64,000 nucleotides of DNA from assembly GCF_032062105.1 (NCBI RefSeq), contig NW_026935419.1, forward strand, positions 372,001 through 436,000, in the 5' to 3' direction. The translations under genes were made by a program, and so were the position numbers. The notes beneath the pieces were generated by a model. The model worked only from the letters and a program-made list of their open reading frames with translations, ran no database searches and was not told the origin of the DNA. Source of the DNA: Saccostrea cucullata (Eukaryota). Positions 1-11,959 of the stretch are shown piece after piece (the first letter of the stretch is position 1; every line of letters begins with the position of its first letter).

Positions 1-340
1 ACTTTGGACAGTGTTATCCAATATTTCATTAAATGTTAATTGATAGATATACATAAAGACTTGTGATGAGATTACTTCAAAACACATATGAATTAGTATT
101 AATCCACAATATTAACGTACCTTTCTTTTGCAGCTTTACGTTGTACATCACAGGTATATAACTCTGTCTCTCTAATTGTTCACAAAACTGTTTGTTCGTT
201 TCAGTGTTGAATTTAGTTTTTTTTCCTGGTGAAGGAAGTTTATGTTCAGATGTAATAATTATTCTAAAAACATATTGAGATAGAGGTGTAAAAATAGTAC
301 TTAGTATATAATTTCACTGTCAGTTAAGAGACGCATTTTA
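1..340. repeat. Left arm of a long-range inverted repeat (partner 9011-9460)
   Basis: 1-270 is the high-identity reverse complement of about 9190-9460; 312-340 is the reverse complement of 9011-9040. Confidence 0.92.
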
Positions 341-1260
341 GACACAGGTACTTGTGTAGAAATATTCAAAAATCATATACAATATTTTGATATAAAAAGT
401 AATAATGAAGGTGATTGGAGGATTCTAAATGTGTGGGAATCTATCTATTCCACGCATAAGTTAGACGTCCAAATATTTTCTTCTCAGATACGTTTTATTT
501 CTTTCTCTCTCTCCACTTGGCAAAAAAGGGGGTTCCAATCCTCGGACACCCCCCCCTTTTCTGTATCCGCCAATGCCCACCATTTTATAATATCGAAAGA
601 TTTGAAGCTACCAAACTCTTATCCGGAACTCCTACTACATTTGTAAAAGGATCTGCCTAGCTGGTTGAAATTTTGACGTCCATGTTATGCTACACTATAT
701 ACACCCAGTTTCGGTGTAAATTGTCAAGAGCGCATAGATCCTTAGATACTAGTATCTGACATTTGAAAATTTTGATTTTTGTTCGTTGTAAATGTTTTTT
801 TTTTTAAGTCTATAGTGATACTATGAAATATTTATTATGGTGTATCCTTATTTATTTGGAGTTTTGGACGAAGGGCTGTGACGAGTGCAAAACACTCAGA
901 ATACACCAATCCATCATAAATAAAAATTTCAATAACTTTCCGGTATCATCGCCAATCAAACCTCATGTCACTTATTTTCATGCATGACTTTTAATTGTAC
1001 AATGATGTAGTTTTTGTCAAGTGACCGCACAATCTCTTCTTCCTACCAGTATTTTACGTTTGTGCGTTCATAAGAAAGACAGAACAAAAATTCGAAGTTG
1101 AAGAAGGAAAATTCAGGTGTTGTTCGAAAATCAAGAAAAAAAGATACCCGTTATTCGAGAGCTGTCGCATCACGACAACTCTGTATCAGGGCGAATAACT
1201 CTAAATCGGTAGATGAAGTACAGCTGCACTTTATTCTAGTTGAGCAAATAACATAGCAAG

Positions 1261-1997
1261 CATTGGCGGATCCAGAGGGGGGGGGGGGGTATGGGGGTTG
1301 GAACCCACCCTTTATTTTTTGCTTAGTGGAGGGAGAGAGAGAGAATAAAAAGTTTTCTGAGAATAAATATTTGTACGTCTTACTTACTTATTGAATAGAT
1401 AGATTCTTACACATTTAGTTTCCTCCATTCACCTTCACTACTATTTTTATATGAGAGAATGGTAGAATATATTCCGCTTTTTTTTTTAAATATATATCTT
1501 ATTTATGATATGATATTGTAACATGCGTGGTTTAATTTTATATTGGATTCCCTTGATCTTTGGCTGTGTCGGCTATATACGTAACGGTTTTTATAAAATC
1601 ATATCTAAATCTATCTAAGGAACTAACATGTAACTCTTTGTTTTAAAGCACACGCGCACCCCACTACCCCCCCACCCCCCACCCCGATTTCTTGTTTCAA
1701 ATTCTTTAAGAAATTTCTTTATAGATGATACAAATCCACTCAACTTTAAGGCTTCTTTTTGAAAGGTGCGGGTTTTTTTTTTTTTTTTTTTTTTTTGGTG
1801 TTTTTTTTTTTAATTTTGGTTCGGACTGGGTAAAGTTTTTTTTAAATAATGACATTAAACAAAGATAGTATTTACCACAACCTTAGACCTTTCCATACAA
1901 GTCTGTGAATTTTTGCTTGAGAGTATGTGGGGGGGGGGGGGTTAGAGGGATACAACCCTGGAACCTCCCCTTTCTAAAATTGCTGGATCCGCCCCTG
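1261..1997. mobile_element. MITE, TIR CA(TT/GG)GGCGGATCCAG, 5-bp TSD GCAAG
   Basis: gcaag|CATTGGCGGATCCAG ... CTGGATCCGCCCCTG|gcaag. Confidence 0.85.
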
Positions 1998-4196
1998 GCA
2001 AGGATGGTATATTCTGCTAAAACGCTATATTACAATAGGTGTGATGTTTAAATATTTTTCTGTGTGGAATTCATGTCAAAAACTTGATTTTTTGCAGCGA
2101 TGAATGAAATATTTGCAGAGTTCCTTAAAGCATTTCGTAGTTTGTAATACGCAAGTTGTTTATGTATATAAAGACTTTTATTTCACTTCCAAAAATTTTG
2201 CCTTTGTATATAACAAAGCCTATTTCATTCTGTAATTCAGATTCAGAATACATGTAATTTAAAATTATGAAATTGCCTTGGTGTTCAATAATCTATTTAC
2301 ACGGCAATTTTTTTCCAGGCTAAGCGGACAGCCTATCGATACATATTTCCAGTTATTGTACACTTTACTTCAAATGAAAACACCGCAGCCATGATACATA
2401 ATGTCAGTGTCTTTTTTTTAGAATTAATAAAGAAAAATGTTTCAAATTCAAGGTGTTGTGATAAAATATGCATGTAAGACCTTGTAACCCCTCCCCCTCC
2501 CCAATAGTCTCAATAAACGCCGATCCCTCATTTTGGTTAGAAAATTCTTTTGTCAATTAGTCAATAACGACTATAGGACTATCAACATTAACTACTATTG
2601 TTATACCTTTAGAAATTTTTCCTATACAAATCTATTCGAAAAAAATTCTTAACATTTCTAATGGTTTGCTGAGCGCATAAAAAATTGATGTTGGACCGCT
2701 GAGTGAGATGTTGGACCGGTCGATGAGGTGTTGAACCGCTTATGTCACAGAATGGGCAATGCTTAATCTCATTTTCATTCCTTGGTTATTGTATGGAAAT
2801 CATTTAATTTTTGTATTCCAAATGTTGTTTCAATAGAGGTCGCCATATTGTGTATGATTTTCTTCCGAAACATACATAAAAGCTATCATTTCATTGGCTG
2901 TTTGCTTCAACCAGAATTATCGTTCTTTCTAAAGAATTTACAGATGGCGCTATGTGTGACCGGCGTTTTACAGTGCATATCGGTAAAGAATTTTGTATTC
3001 CTTAGAAAAGTATGGATAATCTTAATTTTGTAAATATCGAAAAAAATTGACCGGTTGCACGATTTTCATACCATTACCAGATAGTCAACTTAAAACATTT
3101 GCCATTTTGTCCAAAAATTAGTAACACAATGCTTTGCCTTAACAGAAAATAAAAAAAAATGCATGTTTAACAAAACATTTGACAGTTTTATTTAATGGAA
3201 TTTCGTTTGTTGCAGATGGAAACAACTTATAAAAGAAAAAAAAAAATGGATTTAAATTCGATTATACAAAATCAAAAAAGATGGATTTTCTTAAATTGTT
3301 AGGGGGGGGGGGGGTGGTCGGGGGTTGGGAAAAAAAAACGATTTTGAGCATCATATGACAACTTTCGTTAGCCCTATAGCATTCCTAGTGAAATGATAAA
3401 CACATGATCATCATTCTATATTTTATGACATACATTAATAGAACAGTTTTTAAGTGCCATGCTCATACTTACGTGTATTAATATTGCAACAGGTGTATAT
3501 TGGAGTAAAATTCCTGAGGATTTTTCTCTAGTACATGTCTTTGAACATTTAAACAAAATTGTAGTCAAAAGATGTAAATAGTTATACCGAGTTTAATACT
3601 GTATCATTCGAATCATCGGACGTATCCCTCCCTACTCTTCCTCCAAAACTAGTGAAAGACCACAAAATATTGATGGATAGATATTGGTACTGATTGCTAA
3701 ACTATAGAAAATAAATGCTAAGATTGTCCAATTAATTTATATTGGTGGTCAAACAGTGGAGAAATAAAATATGTTTAAGTTGATAACACGTGCTATTCAA
3801 GGAATCACTAGTTAGTGCTGGTACTCCAGGGAGATGCAGCAAAGAAATCCGAGGCGTCAAATATATGGAAACATGGAAGCCAGAGGATCCGCCAGGCGAC
3901 TTCAGCATGTTCATGGGCAGAAGTCGATCTTCATGTGTGTAACTGACTTCAAAAGGCTTCGACGGACGATTAAATATTTCTAAAAACAGAATCCTCTATA
4001 ATCAATTGATTAACACAAAATGGATTCTCTGAAAAGCATACTTACTACCATACTAGTAAAATGCCTAAAATTCGGACAGGTTGACGGACGGACAGACAGA
4101 CAAAATGATTGTTAAGATGCGTATACTAGTAGTTGAAGGATCTTTGATGAGGACGGGGTCGTTTATATATTTTGGAGTAAATGAGTTTAACAATGG

Positions 4197-4248
4197 TGTC
4201 ATGATGTATATTTTGTATTTACTGCCACTCGGAAAATTCAAGATGACA
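4197..4248. mobile_element. 52-bp single-unit relative of the 6841-7014 element, 4-bp TSD ATGG
   Basis: atgg|TGTCATGATGTATATTTTGTATTTACTGCCACTCGGAAAATTCAAGATGACA|atgg. Confidence 0.8.
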
Positions 4249-5076
4249 ATGGCACCGGAACAGCTAGTAAGGAATGCATGTATACTCTTGTACATGTAAG
4301 TGTTTGTAAAATGTTCACAGATGACTGAATTTTCCAAGAGTCGCAATTGAAGTTTCATAACATACTACCAATTTAATCCAAGCTAGTTTGTTTGGGGGGA
4401 ATAAAGTTATATATCACAAAGGAAGCATATCATAAACTGTGTGAAATGTATCAGGTGTTGCTAAACGGAAACAATACTTCCAAGTTAAATCACTTTAAAT
4501 ATAAATTTTAAACTAAAAACAGAATACATTAATTTTTCACTGATATTTATTTCTTGATGATTATAAAGTCTGAGTTTATTTAGTCGTTATCAAGACCATT
4601 TTCTGAGTTTCAAAATCAAGAATTGGGTACGGGAAACGGAACCGGAAATATCTGATGCCGTACATTTGGTGATAAAATATAGATGAGTGGAAAAAAAGTT
4701 AATTCAAACATAATGAACGGCTAGTATTCGATATTCTTATGAGCGAAAAAAATCCAATCTGATTTTTCTTGAAAATATGAGATTTTCCCATTAATTTCAC
4801 TTTATTCTTGACAATCTTTTTTTTTTGCACATATATGATATTCATCAAATCCCAGTTTGAGATACTTGAGGGTTTCATCAACACTTCTGTAGATGCAATA
4901 AATAATAAAATTGTCTTTTTTCCCCTCTATCTCCATCTTCTTCTGTAAAAATCTCCTTAAAGCTTGCGTGGGGGTTTTTTCTTGTTCTAGGATATCATTC
5001 AGGGTCAATTGTAGATGTACACTATACTACTGCTGCTTACTGGAGAATAGCTACAAGTCGATGCTTACCTTACATC

Positions 5077-5241
5077 TACCTGACGTTACATATTTTTCTT
5101 ATATAAAAAATTATACAATGTATTAAAAATCCATACCTAATACACATTCCTTGTATATTTTTCTTAGATAAATAATAAACCCCTAAAATGTATATTAGGT
5201 ATGGGGTTTTTTATATAAAAAAAAATAAGTAACGTCAGGTG
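5077..5241. mobile_element. Foldback MITE
   Basis: ACCTGACGTTAC / GTAACGTCAGGT termini with internal IR CCATACCTAATA / TATTAGGTATGG; TSD unclear. Confidence 0.7.
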
Positions 5242-6000
5242 CTAGTGGCTTAGCTTGATCAAATCTCTGAATGGTACTACAATGTATATAATATGAACGC
5301 AAATAATATACAAATATTTAGTACAGGTACAGTTTGCAAGTGTTTTGTATTTATAAACAAGATTATTCACATTTTCGTGAAGGAAGAAATGTACCCATAT
5401 ATGCGGATATAGATCTAAATGAGTGGTTACGCCCCCCTTTTTCATTTTACGTTACATTCCCATCAGTGAACTCGTCAGTTTGACTTTGGTCGTCTGACTG
5501 GGACAGCAGGGCATTGAGGTAGCCTGGAGGCATTGAGGATAATACCAAAAATGCCAGTATCAATCCAATTTTAGATTATGTGCATTTGTCATTCTAAATA
5601 AAGAATAGAAGAACTAAACGACATATGTAAAAAATCGAAAACCCTAACTTTATCATCAATTAAAAAAAATACGATATTTCTGAGGTATGTGTATTGACTT
5701 AAAATGTATACCATTACGATAAATAGATAATATCCTTGTCATCTCTACTCTTGATTTAAATAAACTAAAGTCCACAACAATAAAAACTTTCGTATGCATT
5801 TTGTTAGGATTTGTTCATCGACATTCCTATGTCACAAAATCCTATGTGGATTATTCACAAAAGAGTACACTAAGAATTATATTAACTCTTCAATAGTGGA
5901 AATAGAAAGTGGAGGATTATTAAATTTACAGTGTGAAAAAAATATTGTAGGTGAATCCCCCCTATTTGCGCCTTCTCGGGAAACTCAACCCCCTATAGAT

Positions 6001-6264
6001 GGTTGGTTGGTTGGTTGGTTGTATGTTGTTTAACGTCCCTCTCGGGAATATTTCACTCATATGGAGACACCACCACTTGCCGGTGGAGGGCTACAAATTT
6101 TGTCCTATGCTCGGCACTCAGGGCCTTTGAGCAGTGAGGGATCTTTTTCGTGCCAGCATGCGACACGGGGCCTCAGTTTATACGATCTCATGAGTCTCCA
6201 CGTATTTCGAACCCGCGACGAAAGGAACTAGCCGACACTCTAACCACTGCAACACGCGGGCGAC
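6001..6264 (-). mobile_element. tRNA-derived SINE of the same family, without the hairpin insertion
   Basis: Reverse complement starts GTCGCCCGCGTGTTGCAGTGGTTAGAG, has B box GGTTCGAAAT, and shares the body and (CAAC)n tail. Confidence 0.85.
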
Positions 6265-6806
6265 AACAACCCCATATGATTGTAATGTCCAAAGATTTTG
6301 GAGATTTTTATTATCAGATGTTTTCGCCCCCAAAATAGTATGGTGTCTACCGCACTTTATTTAAAAATAGAGTGGACAGTTTTGGATACCCTCTTCTTCA
6401 GGGTAAAATCCCTTGTTCTGCAAAATGGGTAGATTTTGTCCAGTTTTTTTTTAGTTCAGATCCCCATTCCTTGAATTTGCAGTTATTGAATGTATAGACT
6501 AAATCAAGTAAAAGTGACCCCCTTTTTAAAGAACACCGATGTGTTAAATTGGAATGGATTTATAGCTATGAAGCTCTGGAAGTCAACGATACTTGGTTTA
6601 ATATATTCATTTTAAAACTATACAAATTCCAGGGAGTTCCTGATCCAAGAAGTCGACGACTATATACCCTATCTGACTCAAGAAGTCAACGACTATATAT
6701 TATATATATACCCTATCTACTCTGAAAATGTATAAATTAGAAAATATCAATATGTGTTGGTTATTTCAAAAAAATTATATATCAAGAAAAAAGGCCTTGA
6801 TCCTTT

Positions 6807-7856
6807 CATTGGCGGATGCAGAAAGGGGGTCCGGTGGTTGTGTCATGTTGTAAATTTTGAATTTACCGGGTGGCAGTAAATACAAAATTTACAACATGAC
6901 AACTTTGAATTTACTGGGTGGCAGTAAATACAAAATTTACAACATGACAACTTTGTCATGTTGTAAATTTTGTATTTACTGCCACCCGGTAAATTCAAAA
7001 TTTACAACATGACAGTTGGACCCCCTTTATATTTGTACACACACACACACAGATACAGAGAGAGACATTTTTTCTGTAATATGGATATTTACATGAATAT
7101 GTCTAATAATTTGAAAATATGAAAAATCTCTGTCCTTTCTGCTCGCTAGATCTGTAAATTTTCGCGCATTTGCTTTAAATTCCGTCGTGTACCTTCACAA
7201 CCCCGGCAAAGGGCTCCGAAACACTGTACCATCGGCTCATATACATTCACGTGTCAGCATGAGAGAGGAACAAACGACAAATCTACATGGGAGATTTGCT
7301 CCAAACATCCACAAGTAACATGCAAGGAAGATTCCAGAATATATACCAGTTTTGGACCATCTTCAGAAGTACCCGTAAATAACGTTTAGAAGTATGCATA
7401 AAATAAAAACTTTTGAAATGTTCCCGTAGTATGCCGATGGAGGGGACTCCTTTTTTCTAAGAATAATATCTTGCTGTGGTTTTACTAAATATGTTTAATC
7501 AATGAAGAAAAACGTTTAAAAATTAAATTTTTGCTGCTCCCTTTTTCTGAGAATAATCTCTTGTTATGGTTTTACTTAATATTTGATTTGGAAGTTCCCT
7601 CCACATTTTTTGTTGTCGAAAAATACGCAGATTCAAACATTTGAAAGTAATGTACCGGAATACCCCGCCACAGAGATTTAAAAGTGTGCTTTATAGTCTT
7701 TTTTTTTAAGGTTGCATGTCAAATGTTCTTGGAGGTCCCCCTTCTTATAAATGTAGCTTGAATTGGCCGTGATGTAATGTAATTCTATGCATGAGTGCTG
7801 GGGGCACCGACCCCCCCCCCCCCCCCCCCTTCAAAAATTGCTGGATCCGCACCATG
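6807..7856. mobile_element. MITE of the same GCGGATCCAG family
   Basis: CATTGGCGGATGCAG ... CTGGATCCGCACCATG; flanks ccttt/cattt. Confidence 0.65.
6841..7014. mobile_element. Palindromic TGT...ACA mini-element with 4-bp TSD (Ginger2/TDD-like)
   Basis: gttg|TGTCATGTTGTAAATTTTG ... CAAAATTTACAACATGACA|gttg; built from a 61-bp hairpin unit. Confidence 0.85.
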
Positions 7857-9010
7857 CATTTTGATTATTCATATATAGGCCATCACCTGAGATTAACTTT
7901 CTTCACTGTTAAAATAAATTAAAAACACGGACATTCTTTAAAGAGAGAATAAAAAAAGAAGAATGCAATACACACTGTATTAAAATTAAGTATAAGACCA
8001 GACCTATATACAAAACGTAAATGACAACAAAAATGCAGAGGTATAGAGTTTAAAAGTATACCATTTAGAGTAAATCCTTTTTAGTCTCTCTTCCAATATT
8101 TTTTAATAGAAGTCACTGTTGAAAGAAGCATAGTACGATGTGTAACAATTTTGTTAAACATCTATACCTTTCCCCTCTAAATTCAAGATACACTGTAAAG
8201 ACCGTGAATTAATTGTTCTTCATATTCGCGGCAGAACTGTAGCTCTCTGCTCGAGAAAATTCGCACAGTTAAAACGGAGAGGTACAGTTCTGGAGCTAGC
8301 CTCATATAAATAAGAAGGTGAAAATGGTACAGGATCATTTATGATTATTTTTTAAATGTTACAATTTTTAGCGCTTTTTAAAAACGGAACTGTTAAATAT
8401 AGTATGTTTCATCTGATCGTAAACAACCATCAAAAAGACAAACTAAAACTCAACTAAAACTAAATGTAAAAAAAAAAAAAAACTGAAATGCTGAATAAAC
8501 AAACGATTGGGAGTCAACATGGTAAACACTTAGATTGACAGAAATACCTGCAATGTACCGGTAAGCTGCAAAAGAAAAGGTACGTTCTTTCATTGTGCAT
8601 AAAATTAATTACACTACGTGTTTCGAGGTAATCTCATCATAAGTCTATGTATATCTATTAATTAACATTTTATAAAATTGGATTACACTGTCCAAAGTAT
8701 GTTACATATGAAACCTCAACATTCCTTGGGGGTTAGCTATTTCGGACTATTGTAGCCGAAAGGTGCATGGGCCGGGGTAGAGAATAAGATATTGGTACCC
8801 AAAGCGTCATAGACGACCGAACTCACAGACAGACGGACCCCCCATTACTTATATATGCCCTTCCATTTTTAAAAATTATCATACTGTTGTTTTGCATGCC
8901 TGTGTAATAGGTCCAGCACATACCTTTACCTTTTGTAGAGCTCTACATATTCCATGACGTAACAATACAATGATACGTCATTTTTTCTTCCTAAACCCAA
9001 GATTTGCACC

Positions 9011-9488
9011 CTAAAATGCGTCTCTTAACTGACAGTGAAATGACATAAGCGGACCTAAAATCTTCAATCTTTTTCGTTTCATTTAAGCACTGAAACATTG
9101 TAGTATCGTAAACATTCTGTTATATGTGTCCACTATCATCAAGGGGTGTCTCCCTACACTTCCAGATTTTTATTCCTCTATCAAAATTTTTTTTAGAATA
9201 ATTATTACATCTGAACATAAACTATACCTTCACCAGGAAAAACACTAAATTCAACATTGAAACGAACAAACAGTTTTGTGAACAATTAGAGAGACAGAGT
9301 TATATACCTGTGATGTACAACGTAAAGCTGCAAAAGAAAGGTACATTAATATTGTGGATTAATACTAATTCATACGTGTTTTGAAGTAATCTCGTCACAA
9401 GTCTTTATGTATATCTATTAATTAACATTTAATAAAATATTGGATAACACTGTCCAAAGTATGTTACAAATGAAACCCCAATATTCCT
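9011..9488. repeat. Right arm of the inverted repeat; older direct copy at about 8400-8727
   Basis: Shared GCTGCAAAAGAAAGGTAC...TATGTATATCTATTAATTAACATTT...ACACTGTCCAAAGTATGTTACA. Confidence 0.9.
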
Positions 9489-9601
9489 TTTACACAATGC
9501 AGGGGCGGTCGGATCAAACTCGTCTTTTTCCGTATCGGAGATCAAGACCCGAAGAGGATTTCGGAAATAGCCGAGTAGCTACGATTGAATACGAATGAAT
9601 C

Positions 9602-9620
9602 TGACGTCACAGCGGAAGTG
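9602..9620. promoter_or_regulatory. CRE (TGACGTCA) plus ETS-like (GCGGAAGTG) motifs in a CpG-rich patch (about 9500-10070)
   Basis: Motif match only; no transcript evidence. Confidence 0.35.
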
Positions 9621-11023
9621 ACGCCGAGCTGTGTCTGCACTGGCTGTGTTGAGATCGAAGGAGGCTGCATATCTTCGTGTTTCTCCGCGTTTTAAAGCAT
9701 GTTTTCCTATTGCTAACACATCTTTATCTACTGCAGCATTTTCTTGGCAATGTTAACGCGAAGGATGGGATTTTTCGAATGCAAACTGCAAGGTTAGTGA
9801 AAATATTGGAGAGAACGAAATAACCCGATCTTCCTCGGCGTTTGAGACAATGAGTGTGAAATACGTTACGAGTTACGAAATTTACGCAAGCTGGTGAGGA
9901 TTCTGGAAACTTTTGAGAGTATTTACTGAACATTATTCAGGACTGGATGTTAATTTGAACGTTTTTAATCAAAATCTACGATTAGAAAGTAGCCAGGCAT
10001 GCGCAGTAGGGGTTAGTTGTGCCTGGCATGACTAACCCCATTTACGCGTGCGCTAACTAACCCTGCTGAGACTGACAAAAAACTGACTAAGCCTTGACTT
10101 TAGGCAAAGTCCAAAAAATAAAATGCATGCAAAAAAAAAAAAAAAAAAAAGAACACCAGCACAAACAACATTCCAGAAACAAATAAAATGATTTAAAACA
10201 AAATAATTATAAAATAAATAGAAAAAAACTTAAATTCTAAAACTTTTAACTAAACTAAATTTTAATAGAAATGTTCATGTTAGTTGACTAAGTTAGTCAA
10301 ACTAAGACAATTTGCAATGGAAATTCTTGTTAGTTGTCTAAGTTAGTCTAACTAAGGGATTTTTTCTTGAAAACCCCAAATTCCAATGTCAGAATAATTC
10401 CAATTTTAAATAATACACTGTTTTAGGAATAACTACTTCTAAGTGCATGTTTTCACAAAAAAAATATTCTTTACTCAAAAAAAAAAAAAAAATTGAATAA
10501 GATGGTTTATTTCCCATTATGCTTTCCACTATCAATGATACTATAGCGGGTCTTCTTGGCTGGTATAAAATTTGGCGTTTTGCCTGCTCAAAGGTATGCC
10601 AATAATTTTAACAAAATGCACAGGGTTTGGAAATTACTATAAGAAGGTACTGAAAATTTTAGCGATTAAAATTTTAGTGGGTACCATCAAAACGCCAAAG
10701 TAAGCCAAAATTAACACGCTATACAATAATTAATGGCTATTCTTAAATTTTTTTGGGTCATTTAAAGTGTCTATTCAATCAGATCATAAAAATGGACAAA
10801 TCCCCAAATTCCAATATATTCATACCTGTATATGGTGAATTCAGGATACAGTATTTTAAATAATAGCAGGTTTTCACTAGTATAGTAACAAGCATATAGA
10901 GTCATGCTGCAGAGTAAAACACTTCTAATCATATATACTATATGTGTGAAATATATATCTAGTACAAACAACTGTGTGATGCTTAAAAATACAGAGTCTA
11001 AAGAGTTTGGCACAGAATGATAC

Positions 11024-11053
11024 CTTGTGCTGTGGATATGTTTCTTCTATCCT
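11024..11053 (-). CDS. Candidate 30-nt phase-1/1 micro-exon of the F-box gene (EDRRNISTAQ)
   Basis: ttttcag acceptor and AAG|gtatca donor; in frame. Confidence 0.45.
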
Positions 11054-11908
11054 CTGAAAAGGTTTATACATTAAATAAATATCACACATGTCAACACATT
11101 CAGAAAATATATTCATTATTACAAACATCAAAATACTTTTTCAACAAAGATTTCACACAGTTTTATAAAAATGTATATATTATATACTCATAAGTTAATA
11201 ACACTTAAAAGATGTAGACAGTCATGGAGGCATTAACACACAGTCAAGATAAAGTATGAGAAACATTTCAACATTGAGAATAAAATGATGCATTGTAAAC
11301 TGAAGAACATTGAATTTTAATATCAACAGTGAAACAATTTACGAAAATGTTTACATTTTTAAACTTTAAAAACCATTAAATAAGCCTACAAAGCAAAAGC
11401 TTTCTATTATATATGTCATCTAATGCTGTTTACTACCAATAGGTAAATAAAATGTACAAAAACATGTAAATTTAAATTCTGTTTTCAAAAAATTAGCTGT
11501 TAATCTAGGAACTGTGGTAAAAAAAATAATGTGACTATAGAGGAAAAACGGGTATAGTACAAACCAGGACAAGTTGAAGAACATTTGTTTCAAATGTTTA
11601 TGATAAACATTGTTAGTATTAAATAATAAAATATAGATGTCATACCCAAATATATAATTTTAAACTTAAGTAAATAAAACAGAATTTTGTTATGAAATAG
11701 CCAACTGATTCTAAATTTTGAAAATTAGTGTGTCAATGGCAAATTCCTTCAAAATATGTAATCTGAGTATATATACAGCTGACTATGAAATCAAAAGAAA
11801 GCACTTCCTTTATGTATAAATCCTGAAATAAATTTTGATTCTCGGTGGAGCAGAATCTCAGACAGGCACACAGCAGGGTGATGGTGTATATAGAGTCTTA
11901 TGATTTAC

Positions 11909-11959
11909 CATGTTTATGCCAATGACCCAGAGGGAATATTTCACTCACATTCAGAAAAT
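11909..11959 (-). CDS. Candidate 51-nt phase-1/1 cassette exon of the F-box gene (DFLNVSEIFPLGHWHKH)
   Basis: Polypyrimidine tract plus acag acceptor and G|gtaaat donor; open in the phase left by the upstream exons. Confidence 0.4.
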
